Assembly: GCA_038523235.1 (NCBI GenBank) | Contig: JBCBJQ010000041.1 | Span: 1 to 48,210, forward strand | DNA length: 48,210 bases | Direction: 5' to 3' | DNA from: Cyanobacteria bacterium J06626_4 | Lineage (GTDB): Bacteria > Cyanobacteriota > Cyanobacteriia > Phormidesmidales > Phormidesmidaceae | Shown: positions 47,496-48,210 of the stretch, one piece after another | How positions within the stretch are numbered: position 1 is the stretch's first letter | How the letters are laid out: the number at the start of each line of letters is the position of its first letter | Position numbers and translations under genes: made by a program | The notes under the pieces: model-generated | Seen by the model: only the letters and a program-made list of their open reading frames with translations | What the model was told of the DNA's origin: nothing | The model's database searches: none

Positions 47496-48210
47496 ATGAA
47501 CCAAATTAATCCCAGCGTTCTGAATCACCTTCAACAGCGCGATCGCGCCGGTATTGCGGCTGAAACCGACTACTCGCGCCTCCAATCATTATCGGAAATT
47601 TGGCCCCTGGCGGCAGAGCACTATGGCCATCAGTTGGCGATGAATGACGCACACAATGAGCCCAGTGCCCAACTCACCTATGCCGAATTGTGGGCCAACA
47701 TTCGTCAGTTTGCGGCTGGGCTGCAGGGCTTAGGCCTGGCTCCCGAAACCCGCGTCGCGTTTTTTGCCGACAACAGCCACCGCTGGTTAATTGCTGATCA
47801 GGGCATCATGGCCGCTGGCGGCATCGATGCCGTGCGCAGTGCGCAGGCCGAAACGGAGGAGCTGCGTTACATTGCCGAGCATAGTGACAGCACGGTGCTA
47901 ATCGTTGAACACTTAAAACTGTGGCAGCGGATTCGCGATCGCTTTCTTGACTTGCCTCTCCAGTTTGCGGTGCTGCTCTCAGATGAACCGGTGCCCGAGG
48001 CGCTGCCCTTCAATATGGTGAACTACGGGCAGCTGCTAGAAATTAGTAGCCAACGCGAGTGGCAACCTGCCCCAGCCACTCCCGACAGTTTGGCGACGTT
48101 GATTTATACCTCTGGCACGACGGGCAAGCCCAAGGGCGTCATGATTACCCACGGCAACTTGCTGCACCAAATTACGACGTTGGGCGCTGTGGTGCAGCCG
48201 CAGCCGGGCG
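47496..48210 (+). CDS. aas: Acyl-ACP synthetase / long-chain fatty acid ligase, 3'-partial
   Basis: Not in the ORF track. Open frame from ATG 47496 to the window end: FADNSHRWLIADQG and the AMP-binding motif TLIYTSGTTGKPKGVM. Confidence 0.9.
   Translation, partial: MNQINPSVLNHLQQRDRAGIAAETDYSRLQSLSEIWPLAAEHYGHQLAMNDAHNEPSAQLTYAELWANIRQFAAGLQGLGLAPETRVAFFADNSHRWLIADQGIMAAGGIDAVRSAQAETEELRYIAEHSDSTVLIVEHLKLWQRIRDRFLDLPLQFAVLLSDEPVPEALPFNMVNYGQLLEISSQREWQPAPATPDSLATLIYTSGTTGKPKGVMITHGNLLHQITTLGAVVQPQPG

Overview
Chromosomal window from a cyanobacterium; the many HIP1 GCGATCGC octamers and genes such as cp12, ndhM and bicA/sbtA-like show this, and a filamentous Leptolyngbya/Nodosilinea-like lineage is only an inference. 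Most of it is ordinary: hemC, ndhM, cofH, grpE-dnaK-dnaJ-tusA-rsgA divergent from pilB-pilT-pilC, an sbtA-like/bicA/P-II bicarbonate operon, and a partial acyl-ACP synthetase. The first 8 kb carry features the ORF track misses: an AT-rich polysaccharide-type membrane gene, an IS1 stub, short repeats, and a degenerate D-arm-less tRNA-Val-like sequence (1429-1488) that looks like an island att scar. That region also has a 5'-truncated, amber-interrupted sulfide:quinone reductase next to tRNA-Glu, a perfect 18-bp inverted repeat before arsR, and a candidate structured ncRNA with a 20-nt tandem repeat convergent on cp12. The best candidates for undescribed protein systems are (1) a 1247-aa PstS-like/WD40/TM/TPR receptor-like protein, (2) a pseudokinase-PP2C-TM gene upstream of a HetF-like CHAT-FHA protease, and (3) a pilA-accessory-methyltransferase locus whose pilin ends in Lys. 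All family calls come from motif recognition by eye; no searches were run.
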